Notes under the pieces: model-generated
What the model was told of the DNA's origin: nothing
The model's database searches: none
The model's input: only the letters and a program-made list of their open reading frames with translations
Made by a program: the position numbers and the translations under genes
Assembly (NCBI RefSeq): GCF_009914755.1
Contig: NC_060927.1
DNA from: the human T2T-CHM13v2.0 reference genome, Homo sapiens
DNA: 64,000 nt
Strand: one strand, 5' to 3'
Part shown: in pieces, positions 42,958 through 59,945 of the stretch
Layout: the number at the start of each line of letters is the position of its first letter
How positions within the stretch are numbered: position 1 is the stretch's first letter

Positions 42958-43902
42958 TAATTCTACAAATTTTTAATAGAATTATTTCAAAAACCAAAGT
43001 GAAGGAAATCATTTCTGAAGTGTTCATAACAAATGAACGATTTAGTTTTAAGAGTAATTTGTAAAGTGTGATTGTTATGTCAGTAAACTCCAGCATCCTG
43101 TGATCCAGTCAGGAGTTCTCTGGACAATGTCATACTATTGGGAGTTTGCTCCTGAACGCTGTTTTCTAAAAACATGCTTCTTTTGGGTAAAACGTCACAA
43201 CTTATGGATATCTGTTTGAAGATAAAATGACCCAACTTCTCCCATGAGTAGTGAGAGCCATCTCAGCCAAATTTATTGCATCCCTCAAATTTTCTGTCAC
43301 AAAAGCAAAGGGTATCTTCCTTCCCTTTAGTCTTTATTTCTTATCTCCCTTCTGTCATTCATGTTGCTGATTTCTTTCTTCCTGTAAACAGAAACCTGAG
43401 CCAAGGATTCCTTATGGGAGCTGGAGGGTCTTAGTCACCAGAATCAAAATCCCTGACAAACCAATCCCTGCAGCTCAACAAAAAGCTAGTGAATTGACAA
43501 GCACAAAACAAAGTCTGGAAGGAAAAACATCCATGCAATTCCCTGTCCTACCTACAAACATACGGAATCCAGATGAAATGCTTCGGAATGGAAAAGTGTC
43601 AGGTACTTGCAGTGTAGTAAGAAGTTATGATTAAAAAGCAAGAAAAATGTTAGTAATCTTAGAATCCTGTATTTATTTTTTCTCTCTGTGAGAGAAGATA
43701 AACATTTAATATGGATACGCTGAATTAATTGTTCCATAGCTCATTTGGCCTCTTATTTCTTTTCTTTTTTTTAATTTCCAAGCTGGTTTTATTAGCTACA
43801 TTCAATAATTAATATTTTCTTGGTCAGGTGCCATTACAGAGGCGACTTTTCTAAAGTGATAATTTATTTTATTATCTTTAATAGAAACTTCGGCTTAATA
43901 TT

Positions 43903-46538
<2,636 letters not shown>

Positions 46539-46793
46539 ATATTTTAGTAGCATAAATGAATATAATTATTACATTTTAAATAAAAGATGTATTAATTTCA
46601 TTTTCAAATTAAGATTTAGAACATAATATGTACCTTCAATAATAAATGGCATTGGATTCATTATATGCTGTATGAATATAACACAGGAGTTTACATAATA
46701 TTTTTCAAGATTTGTTCTCTCATGCTAAAGTTTTTTGTAACTTTTTTTCATCAATATAAATGCCATGACAACAGTAATGTCAGAGGTTGTGAC

Positions 46794-47140
<347 letters not shown>

Positions 47141-47239
47141 TGAGGTTTCAAAGTGTAATAGGAAAAACATGCACTACAAGTAGAGTCCATTATAACTGAT
47201 TTTAAATTCCATCTCTGTCCCTCATTTCCTCTTGAACTG

Positions 47240-47520
47240 CTTTAATGAAGAATCCCCAGATCTTAGTGGCTCACAACCACAAGCCTTTGTGAAATATGTC
47301 AGCATGTGTGGACTGACTGATGCACTTTGGCATTTCTTTTCTTTCTGGGACTCAGGCTAAAGGAGTGGCTACTCTTTAGGACAGCCATTACTTTGGAATG
47401 GGGAAAAGCAAGAGACAGAGCCACACATTGGCTCAAACACGGTGTATGTCACCTCTGCTCACATTCCATTGGCCAGAGCAAGTCAGAGGATAGAGCCAGA
47501 CAATGGGACAGAGATGTGAA
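47240..47520 (-). mobile_element. Old MLT1 LTR fragment (K/L-like)
   Basis: GATCTTAGTGGCTCACAAC..GGGACTCAGGCT..GTCACCTCTGCTCACATTCCATTGGCCAGAGCAAGTCA. Confidence 0.65.
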
Positions 47521-47693
47521 TGAACTCTGACTATAGGAATCCTTCAAGGCATACATCAATGAACAGAAAAAACAGGAAACGAAGATTGGAAAAAATATAG
47601 TATGCTTGAATGATATTGCCAATTGGAGGGTTACTCAGCAGTGTAATTAGCCTTTTGCTGAAAATCATAGTCAGGGAATGGTGATAGCTGCTA

Positions 47694-48000
<307 letters not shown>

Positions 48001-49248
48001 GGCTATCTGTTTGTGCACGTGAATATGCTCTAGTTGGTGGGAAACATAAATGTTAACTTTACGTGTGGGTAATGTATAGATGAGCTACTTAATTATGAGC
48101 TTATTTGTAGATCTGTTAAAACCAAATGGAAAACACACCTATTTGTAAACTGGCAAATAAGCTTTTCCACATATGAAGAACAGCTTGTTTCAGGGTTTAA
48201 AATATAATAAGATTAACTTTTAAATTGAGTTGAGAAAACAGCAAGTTACAGATAAATTGAGTTACTAAGGAAAGTGATTTCACTTTTAAAAACTGAATTA
48301 AGGACGTTGAAATTAATTTATTTTTGAACAGAACGTGCTCAATGTTAAGTTTTGTTTATTAATTTCTCTTTGGACAAACTCTTTGAATGAAAACAAAATC
48401 TATTATAAAACTTTGTTTTTCATATTGGCAGCCCTGCATCAAATTTTTATCTACAATAAACATGAATTATATACCACTTGCAGGTAGAAGTCCCATCTGC
48501 ACATCGATTCACTTCAGCCAATGACATGTGTGTGCTTGGACTCTTACTGTAGTATGCATTAAGTCCCCTAAGCCAATTACTTAGTGGAGACATTTAATTC
48601 AGTTTAATCTTTAATTATATGCTTTTGATTAATGGTTAAAATAACCGTAAGTTATAGCTGCAACATTCCATGTTAATTAGTGGGAAACTTTCTAGACAAT
48701 TTGGAAGAATTTCTTATATCTCTTGCTTTAGTTTAAAAAATTTGGGAAGTAGGAAAGAGACAAATAATCCTCTTTGAAGATTGAATTATTAGGAATTATT
48801 AAGAGAAGGTATTATCTAAGGGTATAGTGGTTAGCTACGTAGGCTCTGAATCAAACAGACCTGCCACAAAGGTCTCCCAAGCTTTTTAGATTTGTGTTTG
48901 AGGAATTTTGTATAATCTTTATTAGACTTGGGTTCCTCTACTAAAAAACAGGATAACCGTAGGGCTTCTCTACTAGAACTATGAGCCTAACAGATTCATT
49001 AAAGAATAGCTCTTATGTACCATTTAATAGATTGAATGATTTTCAAAAATGCTTATTACTGACAAAGAATCACTAATATATACATATGAGAAACTTAAAT
49101 ACATATTAGAATACATAACTGAAAGGATATTATTGAACACCTGCTGTATCCTGAGCACTCTGCTAGCCACTGGGGATATGGACATATGTAAAAATAGAGA
49201 TGGTCCCTAGCCTAATGTAAGAGGCATAAAGAGTTATAACGCTACAGT

Positions 49249-50046
49249 ACATTCTTGGTGAGAATGTGAATAGTATAGGATTTTTGGAAAATAGTATATA
49301 GAGAGTCTTTTAAAAATTAAAAAATAGGACAACCCAACGATCCAGCAATCCCATTTCTGGGTGTATATCCAGAGGAATTGAAAGCAGTATGCTGAAGAGT
49401 TGTCTCCACTCCCATGTTCATTTAAGTACTATTGATAATAGCCAAGGTATAGAATTAACCTAATTGTTTATCAACAGATAAGTAGATAAAGAAAATGTGG
49501 TATATTACACAATGGAATACTATACAGCCTTTAAAAAGAAGAAAATTCTATCATTTGCGACAACATGGATAAACCTAGATAATATTGTGCTAAGTGAAAT
49601 GAGCCAGACCCAGAAAGATGAATATCATATGATGTCATTTATATGTTGAAGCTGAAAAAAGCAGATCTCAACAAAACTCAGAGTAGAAAGTGTTAACAGA
49701 GGCTGCGGGTTGAGGGGAAGTGGGATGGGGAATCTGGAGATGTTGATCAAAGAGTACTCAGTTAGACTAAAGGAACACAATTTAGTGATCTATTGCACTG
49801 CATGTTGACCACAGTTAATAATAACATATAGTAGATTTCAAAATTGCTAAAGAATTGATTTCTAATGTTCTCACCACAAAAAATAAAGGATAAGTCAGTA
49901 AGGTAAAGGATATGTTAATTAGCTTCATTTACTCTTTCTACAATGTATGCATATATCAAAACATCACATTGTGCCCCATAAATATATGCAATTAATGTTT
50001 GTCATTTTAAGATAAATAAATAGGTATTTTTTTGTAAAAAAAAAAA
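49249..50046 (+). mobile_element. L1MA-type LINE-1 (ORF2 end + 3'UTR + A tail)
   Basis: GATCCAGCAATCCCATTTCTGGGTGTATATCC..GAAAATGTGGTATAT..TAGTGATCTATTGCAC..TATCAAAACATCACATTGTGCCCCATAAATATATGCAA. Confidence 0.92.
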
Positions 50047-50364
50047 GTTTTAATGCTCTATAAGGAGCGCATGCAATTGATTATCACAGCATAATGATTT
50101 AACATATTTGGATGGTCCTCAAAGATTATACCATAAAAACTTGATGAGATGATGAGATGCTGCTGGTCTACATTATGACTTTTGCCCACTGTAAGAGTGA
50201 TAGGTGGAAATGAGTCACTAAGCTAGTGGATGAGTCTAGGTCTATGTTAAACATGTGCTTTAATTTTGTTTTACTTTGCAATTTTAGCTAAGTGCAGAGT
50301 GATTGCTGCTATAGTAGTAAATAATGCAATGTATTACTCTAATAGTGATAAAATTCAGTGGTAC

Positions 50365-50892
50365 ATGCATCTACTCCTATGTATGAAGTTCACCTTAAAT
50401 GTAGCAGCTTAAAGCAACAATAAACACTTATTTCATATACTTTGTTTGAGTTAGGAATAATTAGCAGGTTAGCTAACTTGGGGTATCTCATGAGATTTTA
50501 CTCAAGATGCCAGCTAGAGATGAAGTAATTGGAAGGCTTGTCTGGCATTGGAGGCTCTACTTCCTACATGATGCACTCACATATCAAGCAAGTTAGCTGT
50601 GGTTGCAGGAGGGAGGCCTCAGTTCCTTGCAATGTGAAACTTCTCATAGGGAAGCTTGAGTGTTTTTGCATAATGGCTGCTGGCTTCCCCCAGAATAAGT
50701 GATCCCAAAGGGCTCAGAACAGAAGCTGCATGGTCTTTAATTATCTAACCTGATAAGTCATACTCCATCATTTATGCAATATCTCGTGATTATACATGTA
50801 AGCCAAACTCAGTGTGGTAGAGGAATAAATAATTAGTATGGATAACAGGAGGTGAGAATAATTTGGACCCATTTTAGAGGCTGGCAACCATA
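50365..50892 (-). mobile_element. MLT1F-like MaLR LTR
   Basis: GCTTAAAGCAACAATAAAC..GGAGGCCTCAGTTCCTTG..GCTTGAGTG..GGCTTCCCCCAGA..CCATTTTAGAGGCTGGCAACCATA. Confidence 0.8.
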
Positions 50893-52697
50893 GTAAAAAT
50901 TTTTTAAACACAAGAATTACATGTATATGATGTATTGGGATGAACTGGAAAAATGTGGAAGTATACAAATGAGGTTTGGTGAAAACAATCTTTTTTATAT
51001 ATTATATAACTTTGGATATAATTATATAAGTATTAGGACAAATATGAATTGGATAAAACTTTCAAATACAATCTCTTTGGTTATGATTAGTGAGAAACTT
51101 GAACTTCCCATTGAGAAGGAACCTATTTTTAAGAACTCATCTTATGCTTGAAAGGGTTACGTGAAATATCTGATCAAGACTTTTTTAATGATGATCTTTT
51201 CAAATTCTTGATAAACATCTTTAACGAGAAACTTCACTCATACGAGTAGGTAATAAAATAATGTAAATCATTTTATAACAATTTAAAACATATACCAAAT
51301 TATGTTCAAAGATTGTAACAGCTCTTTCTTTTCAATTTATTGTGGAAATGTGAATGGATTAAAAATCCAATCCATGTTTTTCCCGTCAGGTGTTTCAAAA
51401 TAATAATGAAGCTCTAATTTACAAAATGCACTGCCTTATTGGATTAGAGGCCCCTACAAGAAGCTTGGATGACTCCAAAAAAGCACATCCGACAAATCTC
51501 TCTAAAAACACCACAGACAACAGGCAGGCAAATCAATATATGAGACTTAGATTTCAGGCTGCTGGCTGGACTTGTGCATGTCAGGAATCCTTGAGTGTCA
51601 TTGCCAGGCACAGCACCCTCTACAAATTGCACTTTAGCTCTACATCACACCCTGTAAGAAGCTCAGTGGTGCACCTTATGCACAAAGGGAAGGTCTGTAT
51701 GTGGCTGCTGGCTCTTGAGACATATGGCCAGATGGCAGTTCTTGTCTTCGAACAAGTCACGCGTCAAGGTGGAGCAGCAGATACTGGATACTGGTCATCA
51801 TTTTCACAGCCATTAAGGACCATGGGCCTACTCAGTAGTTCCTCTCAGGGCTAGGCTACCTTCTGTGAAAGCCCAGAGTCTCTGCTCATAACTGGATGTG
51901 GCCATCCGGGGACTCTGGCCAATTAGGCATTGGTTTGCTCTACCTCTATCCCCAGCTACCTGGGATTCATATTTTTTGTCAAATCTATAACTCATTCATA
52001 TCACATGAATAACATTTTATTTTAAGAGTCTGATAAATCAATTTTAACCTATAATCCTGGCACCTTTAAAGTTCTGAAAGCCTCTCAAAGTTTTCAGTAA
52101 TACTGAATTCTATGAATAAACTTATGTTCAATAGTACCATATGTTAATTTAGGTATTTGCAGATGTATTTTAAAACATACTTCATAAGAACATTTCATGC
52201 AGTGGGTTTCTAACTTGGCTCATCATGAAACTCCTCTGGGCAGAATTGTATGATTTTAGATATTGATAGTTAGCCATTGTTAGTAAGCCTCTTGCAATAG
52301 CAAGAATCAAAATTTTAATTTAAATTCAAAAATCCAGGCTTACTTCAGATACAGAAAAATCCAGATGCACCGAAAATGACATCAAGTTATTGGCTGGCAC
52401 TCTCTCTATATTTCTGCTGCCTCTTTTTATAGGGAGTCAAGGCTGACTACCTATTTTTACACTATGTTTAGCATGGAGAGGTTGCCTCTTTTTCAATAGC
52501 TTCAACAAAAGGCTCAGTGTTGAGTCTCATTGCCCTGTTTCTGAGGAATGCTCAGACTGGCCAGAACTGTGTCATATCCCTACTCAGGTAACGAAGGGGA
52601 TATAGCCAAACTCATTCAAACCATATGGCTAAGATAGAGGAGAGGTATAATGCCTCAAAAGAAAAATGGGATGCTGTAATCAAAAGGGAAATGGTTA

Positions 52698-52911
52698 CTT
52701 AACAACCTTCCCCCCTCCTGGCTCTCCTCCAAATGCACGATGTTTGTTAATCTGAATTTCAAAGGAGTAGGACTTTCCATCTATATTTTGAAAGAGTCCC
52801 CCAGAAATTGAAGGACCGCTGGTCTACTTTATATCATAGCCTTATCATTTTTAGATACATAGGAAAATGGATAGAAAACTAATTAGAATTCTTCTCTTAC
52901 TGAAACTCAGT
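52698..52911 (-). repeat. Inverted duplicate, left arm (pairs with 56056-56279)
   Basis: The reverse complement of 56056-56279 aligns at ~90% by hand, e.g. TTTCAAAGGAGTAGGACTTTC vs GAAAGTCCTACTCCTTTGAAA. Confidence 0.95.
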
Positions 52912-55900
52912 TGATATACTGAGCTTCATAGTCATACTACCAAGATCACTAGCAGAAAGTGTGTGAAAAACTGTCTTTATGTGAAGGGAACTATCATCTA
53001 AGAAATGTAGTGTCACTCAATGGGAACGCCCACAGAGTAAATTCTTGTTAATGTCATTTCTTGGTAAGTTGATGTTCTTCCTTCCATCAGATTGTAAAGA
53101 CTGTTCATCTAATTATTTTTCCTTTTTTACTCTGGCTGCTGGGAAGCCCAAAGAAAAAGTTATTGTTTTGCCATAGTAATAATATAAGTCTTTGTGGCTA
53201 ACAAATCCTTTTTCTCCTTTCTTATGACTATTATTCAGTGTGTAATTTTGCAGTAGTAGTATAAGCCACACTAAATCATACTGGGAGGAGAAATCAGAAA
53301 ATTTTAATTAATTTTCATAATTGAGAAATGAATTCATAAAAATAAAATATCATCACATAGAGCTGTGTGTATAACTGAAAGGCAAAAGGAACACTGATTT
53401 CATTTTACAATCTTTAAGTATTTCTAATGAATTAAGTTAAATAAATCTTGCTGAGCACCTACTATGTGTTAGAATCTGAAGGAAATATAGGGATAAAAAA
53501 GGTGACTTTCCTTCAAAGGGATTGACAAATAATAACGATAAATAAAGCATATGAAAATAACTTCAAACAGTACAGAATATCTCAATGAGTATAAAAGGAT
53601 ATGTTTATTAGACAAAACAACAAACCTTGGTAGACAGCTTCCTAGAGCTAATTTGGTTATTACTTCTGGATAGGCTGAATATATTGGTTCGAGGTATTTC
53701 TCCTTCGGTCTCCAGCTTAAATTAGCATTCTTAAATGATTAGTGATGGCGTGGCTAATGAAGAAAAAGCTCAGGATGAGGCAGGGGCCCTACTCCTGATT
53801 TTTGGCTCTGCCATTTAACAACTGCTGTAGGTCCTTCAGCAAGTTCCGTTGGCCCTTCCACCCTCTTTCTCCATCAATCAAATGGAGATGATGGCCACAC
53901 CTAACCTGTATCATGATGATAAGGATTAAATGGAACGGTTTCTATAAAAGAGTGGAAGCATCAATAAGAATGTGTGTTATTCATATTTTTTTGGCCTTCA
54001 AGATCTTCCCTATAACTCTCCTGTAGCAGATATTATATCCCCAAAAATAGAAATAATATCTGTTATCTCACTCATTCTCAGAGATTTGGGAAGGCCTATT
54101 AGCAAATATCTCTCAATATCTGGAATAGCTCAGAGTCTCTAAGAACATATTATCTTACATTCCCTTTTCTTTCTCCATTCCCAGACACCGCACCAATGCC
54201 TGGATGTAGCCTCATGGCCTAAGATGGGAAGTTCTCAATTGCCAACTCCTGTCTGAGTTTGCTCTGCCCTGGAATATCTGGCTTGTATTTTCCTCTTATT
54301 ATAAATTTTCATTTATTTATGAAAGAGTTTTAAATGATCTGATGCCCCACAAAATGTTCAAGTTCATCTGTAGATTGTTTCTTGAAGAAGAAAACACTAA
54401 ATATGTGACATAAAATAGTCAGCAGTAGCTTCCAGTTTATCCCAAATTCTGAAACTGCACAGAGGTTTGAGAGATTTCAGTACTGGGAAATAGGCCATTT
54501 ACCCATTAACTGACTGTTGACACCAGGGACATTTGGTTCTTGGCCCAACTGTACCTGCAGAACTAGCAACGTAAGAAATGTTCAAAACGTTCCCTCTCAT
54601 TCTGTCTCATATTGAAATTAAGGTAAATTATACTCTTTTCTAAAGCAAATGTCCTAACATCTAACAAGCAAGTAAAAGATGGTATAGACTCCCTACACTG
54701 TTTATTTGAATGATGCCTGTAGATAACAATGAGAATGCGTTTTTTTTTAGTGTATTCCTCTATTGGTGTCCTTTGGCCTTTTTAACAGGGTCACCTAAAA
54801 TGGATGAATTTTCTCATTGTGTCAATGCCTGTCTCTGACCTAGAAGGAGTTACAGGGCTAATTGGCTGTGCAGCATTTATGCAGCATCCTGGTGCATCAG
54901 TAGAAATTGTCAAGAATGGCCTATTTAGTTTGTTGTTGATTCAAGCTCATCTTTTGTTTAGGACCTGGTCCTTAAGGAAATTATTTGACATTCAAATCAA
55001 ACACTCATAACTGATGGAAACGTCTGATGACAATTCACATCATCCTAGGAGGCCTTTACACTTACTACACTGATTTGCTAAATGTGTTTACATTTAATTA
55101 AAGAAAACTCTCTTCAACCAGGAGAAAGTTGCTGAGTGAGAAACTCAATTGTTTGGAAATTTGCATCTCTTCCAACAAACAAAAAGAAACAAAATTTAAA
55201 TACCATCTTCTTAAAAGAAAATTGGTTTGCAAAGAAAGAAGAAAACAACTTGATGATGATTTTGTGTCTCTCTCAAATTCAAGTTTATATCTACAATTCC
55301 AAATGAAGTACTAGTTGTTTTTACCTCATTTTGGGGCCAGAAGTGGCTTTCAGAGCCTGAGTAGACTCACACAATAATCTCCTCTGTGGTTTTATTCTTC
55401 CTTTCCTCCTCTTCTTTCTCCTTTCTCCTTTTTTCTTGGAAGAAGCTTAGAGCCAGTGAATGAGACTTGAATTCTGTTCGTACTGCACATTAATAGCACA
55501 AATTTAAAACACTCCACTCCTGTCAAACTATTTTTTTTAATCTGGAAAATGGCAGGTGATAATGACTATCTCATAAAATGTATGTGAGGCTCAGATGATA
55601 TAATGAATATAAAAAGATCTTCTCCGAAAAGTTGCCTCTTTATGATTAGAACTAGTGACTTATCCTTAAAGAAATAATTTCAAAATTATCAATTCTTGCT
55701 GTCACGGAGGCCTTTCTTTATCTCAAGACAAATAGATCTGCTTTATTCATTTAAGCCAGTTCCTACCAGTCTGTCCTCAGATATGAAACAACTGGTGCCT
55801 AAACTTCTTCTCATCTTTGCCTTGAATTTAGTAAGTTTTCATATCACAGTGATAATAAGAATATGTGTATCACTGTATCTTCACATCAATACATTTTGAA

Positions 55901-55929
55901 AACATGTACTGAGTATTTCTTGGGTGCCA

Positions 55930-56080
55930 AATATTGTACTACTTAATATAATTAACTCCTCCAACAATTATAATACAAGAACTATTCATAAACCCATTTT
56001 AAAAATGAAGAAATTGAAGTTTGTAGTACTGACCCAAGGTCGCACAGCTGGTGAGACTGAGTTGCAGTAAGAATAGGATT
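55930..56080 (-). mobile_element. MIR SINE
   Basis: AACCCATTTTAAAAATGAAGAAATTGAAG..GACCCAAGGTCGCACAGCTGGTGAG. Confidence 0.75.
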
Positions 56081-56279
56081 CTAATTAGTTTTCTATCCAT
56101 TTTCTTATGTATCTAAAAAATGATAAGTAGATATAAAGTATGATATAAAGTAGACCAGTGGTTCTTCCATTTCTGGGGGACTCTTTCAAAATACAGATAG
56201 AAAGTCCTACTCCTTTGAAATTCAGATCAACAAACATAATGGATTTGGAGGGGAGCCAGGAGGGAGGAAGGTTGTTAAG
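56056..56279 (+). repeat. Inverted duplicate, right arm (MIR end + unique DNA + MER5-like start)
   Basis: Pairs with 52698-52911; carries an extra GATATAAAGTA tandem copy. Confidence 0.95.
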
Positions 56280-56669
56280 GGCCCAGGTCAATATGCAGTT
56301 TTATTTGTCTGATTCTGTGCGCACTGTCTGCCTTCAGTTGATAGAAGTAGCTGTCACCTTTCAGATGCGTGTCTATTGGATAGTTATCACAGAAAGAGAC
56401 CTTAACTAGGGTCCATTAGCCTCCAGGGGATCCTTGAGATGGGCTTTGGGAATCTGAGAAACCCCTGAAATTGAGTGCAATACATTGTAGTGGCTGAGTA
56501 TGTTTCACAGATTCTCGAATCAGACTCCAAAATGTTAAGACCCAAGAAGATACTCTAGAGTACATTTAGCAACTTTGATCTTTATCAAAAGCAACCTTTT
56601 CCCTAAACTTGGCATTAATAACAATTGACTTTTCAGCTATACCTTCAAAATCAGACCTGTTAATATATT

Positions 56670-57370
56670 ACAGATATAACAAGAAAAAGGGAGATTTACA
56701 GCTAAGGAGCAGGGTGTGGGCCAGTAGATAGAAAATTACTAAAAGGAAACATCACAGACAAGGGGAGATTCTGGGCCGGGCCAGTAGCTCGGGACGGGCA
56801 TGGTGGCTTACGCCTGTAATCCTAGCAGTTTGGGAGGCCAAGGCAGGCAGATTGCCTGAGCTCTGGAGTTGGAACCCAGCCTGGGCAACACGGTGAAACC
56901 CTGTGTCTACTAAAAATACAAAAAAAATTAGCCAGGCATGGCAGTGTGTGCCTGTAGTCCCAGCTACTCAGGAGGCAGGGGCACAAGAATTGCTTGAACC
57001 CGGGAAGCAGAGGTTGCAGTGAACCAACATCACACTACTGCACTCCAGCCTGGGTGACGGAGCAAGACTCCCTCTCTCTAAAAAGAAAAGTGGGAGGGAG
57101 AGATTCTGGCTAAACTGATCTAATAGGATTCTTGCTGAAGGCAAGTCCAAGGTGATCAGACATTGCCTGGGGACAGTGAAAGATAAACAACCGAATCAGA
57201 TATTGAGGGTGATAAGACATTGAAGATGGGAGATCAAGGCTAAACTGATTTAGCAGGATTTTTGCTTAAGTAGAATAGGTTAGAGACAAACACAGAAACC
57301 TAAAAATCAGGAGCTAGTTGAGAAGAGTGTTCAGAGGAGGCCGATGAGGATTTTGTCCAGGAGAGACTTG
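56670..57370. mobile_element. Old LTR fragment (family not assigned) interrupted by an Alu
   Basis: Repeated GCTAAACTGAT..AGGATT motif and GGATTCTTGCTGAAGGC..GGTGATCAGACAT continue across the Alu TSD. Confidence 0.5.
56774..57090 (+). mobile_element. Alu (S-type) with duplicated 5' end
   Basis: GGCCGGGCCAGTAGCTC followed by GGGACGGGCATGGTGGCTTACGCCTGTAAT; TSD core GAGATTCTG at 56765 and 57100. Confidence 0.94.
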
Positions 57371-59059
57371 CAGCATGGGGTGGAGAGCCAGAGTGTAGAA
57401 ACCATCCTCCAAGGTTCAGTCCCTTTTGTGGGAAACTGTCTGGGCAAGATCATGGAGAGCTTGATACCATGGAACTGCCAGAAAATGGGAAAAAAGCAAA
57501 CAAATCTTTTTTCCCCTGTAGCATTGACCAGTCAGGAAAAGAATTGCAGAAGCAGAGTCGGGGGAAGAGTAGGGACTTCCAGTTCTCTCAAAGTGCATGA
57601 GTTGAGAACTAGCTTGAGAAACAGTGCAGTGGATCCAGGCCAAGACACTAGAGTCAGAATACTTAGGTTTATATCCTGGTTCCCCTCCTGGCTAACTCTA
57701 CAACATATGAAGGTTTTGTCCTCTCACAGCCTTGGATCTCTTACCTGACAAAAATAATGGGGGACAGGGGACAAAAATCATAAATAATTTGTGAAATTGT
57801 TATGTAAATTAAATGAGCTGACTCATATACACGTCAGAATGGTACCTGGCACATACATTAATGTTACCAATAATAACAGCAATCAATATTATTAATGTAG
57901 ACATAAGTGGAAACTTTATATGTAGAAGAGCTCTCTGTAAATAAAAGAAAATAACCTTTATTACCATTAGTGAATTGGTAAATCTCTACCCTGATGCTCT
58001 TAATGCCACCTTTTATTTTTAATAGCATTTTTAAGTTTATATGCTCATGTTCCACCAAAGCCTTAATTTTAAATGAGCATTTTATGCCTTTGGTGGTATC
58101 TTACCATCAGGAGGTGATTGTGGTGGCCATTTTTATTCTTTGCATGCACTTTTTATACTCAGTTTAATGCAGAGAACAGAGCCAGAGTAATTATCTCCTA
58201 TTTTTCATTTACATAGCTATCACTCAATGCCAGTGGTTTTAGCAGTACAAAATCTGTTTTATCTGAAATGGAATCCATTTAATAACACCAAGAACTTATT
58301 TGTATAATTGACTAACAATTGAAGGCAAACCTGGGAACAGAAAGAGGCAGAGTTACCTATACTGAGAACCATGTGTATGATAATGGAAGTCTCTTTTTTT
58401 CAGTCTTGAAGGATTAAAAAGAGATTTTAAAATGTTAAGTGAATTTGTAATAGAAACAGTGGGAAAGGTATCATTTTATATTTGAGCTCCTACAAAAGCC
58501 TTAGGAAATAGCAAATCAGCCATTTGGGTTTAGGTGGTTCATTTTTATTCTGTCCTTTGTCTTGCAAATGAAGGTTCCTAGAAGAGAGTGTTCTTCTCAA
58601 ATAAAATAAGCTTTAGAATTGACCTCAGAAACAGGTTAAACTGCTGAATCAGATTAAGCCTGCCTCTGAGCTGTTTCTTGGGCTCCATTTTCTTTCCCTG
58701 TCACTAGAGTACCCTGACTCTTGGTTTTCTAGTTGGTACTTGGTAAAAGTCTGTTTCCCTAGAGATCAAATGGATTGAGTGCCCAGGAGAATCCTGTACA
58801 TGAGTGACGCCAGCCAAGTAAAGAGGATAGGAAGGAGTGAGGATCCTAGTTCACTCAAGGCAGCATGGTTTATCCGAAGGAAACAATCTTGGCTCTCAGC
58901 TCCACATCCTTGCCTGATACTTTGGTTTTTAAAGGGCATTTGAAAACCTGGAAATCTTTTTTCAATTATGTAAAATCTTCGCATTTTAAAAACTGTTCTT
59001 TACAATTTCAAACATATTTAAAAGCAGAAAATAGTATTCAATGAAACCTCATATACCTA

Positions 59060-59945
59060 TGATGGGGCTCCGGAAACACTACCCCAGAATAGCCCTCATT
59101 GACATATTTAATATTTTAAACTGAAAATATTTAAGAAAAAGGCAGAAGCAGGAAGGCCTTTCTGACCTTCCCCCATCCTTCTCCCCTGAAGAGGTCATAG
59201 AAACCAGGAAGATTTTTCTGACCTTTCCCTGGAGGACCATAAGACTCTTATTAAGTAAGAGGTGCCTTCCCATAGAAAAGGAACGTCCTTACCTCCAAAG
59301 ATGCAGAGACACAGACAAAGAAGAATCTGAACAAATAGGCCTTGCTAAGTTTCCCCCAGTTTATTTGTGTGTTTGTTTACTGAGACAGGTTCTCACTCTG
59401 TTACCCAGCTGGAGTGCAGTGTCACTATCATAGCTTATTGCAGCCTGGACCATTTGGACTCAAGTGGTCATCCTACCTCAGCCCCTTGAGTAACTAGGAC
59501 TACAGGTGTGCATCATCATATCCAGCTAATTTGTTATTTTTTGTAGAGACAGGGTCTCAGTATGTTGTCCAGGCTGGTCTCGAACTTCTGGCTTTGAGCA
59601 ATCTTCTGGCGTCTTCCTTCCAATACGCCGGGATTACAGGTATGAGCAATGGCACCTGACCTTCCTGACAACCCCCAGTTTTTTACCATTAGACCACACC
59701 TCTTTTGCCCTACCATATTTCTGGATGACAATCCATTCTTCATCAACCCTACCATAAAAAAAAAAAACGTTCAGAAACAGTAAGAAAAAGAAACTTAAAT
59801 AAATGTCCTTATAAAGGCCCCTGTGACATGTCAAAATTATATTGCAAAAAGCAAATGTGTATGCTCTTCTCTTGTTAATCTGTCATTTTTTATAAGGACC
59901 TTAGCCATGAGGTAAGGGTGTAAGAAAAAATATTTTTCTCCCCAT
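59060..59945 (+). mobile_element. ERV1 LTR (MER39/MER34-like) nested in old L1M and interrupted by AluJ
   Basis: TGATGGGGCTCCGGAAACACTACCCC..GAAGAATCTGAACAAATAGGCCTTGCTAAGTTTCCCCCAG..TTCTCTTGTTAATCTGTC; L1M-like flanks at ~58985-59059 and ~59946-60560. Confidence 0.75.
59363..59661 (-). mobile_element. AluJ
   Basis: GAGACAGGTTCTCACTCTG..TGCAGCCT..GTAGAGACAGGGTCTCAGTATGTTGTCCAGG; flanked by CCCCCAGTTT repeats. Confidence 0.92.

Noticed and set aside
51722-51740. CCAGATGGCAG, CTCF-like
   Set aside because: The 5' CCA core positions mismatch; weak motif
51390-51854. 154-aa ORF in non-repeat DNA
   Set aside because: GTG start, no recognisable domain or exon structure; length is compatible with chance in 64 kb
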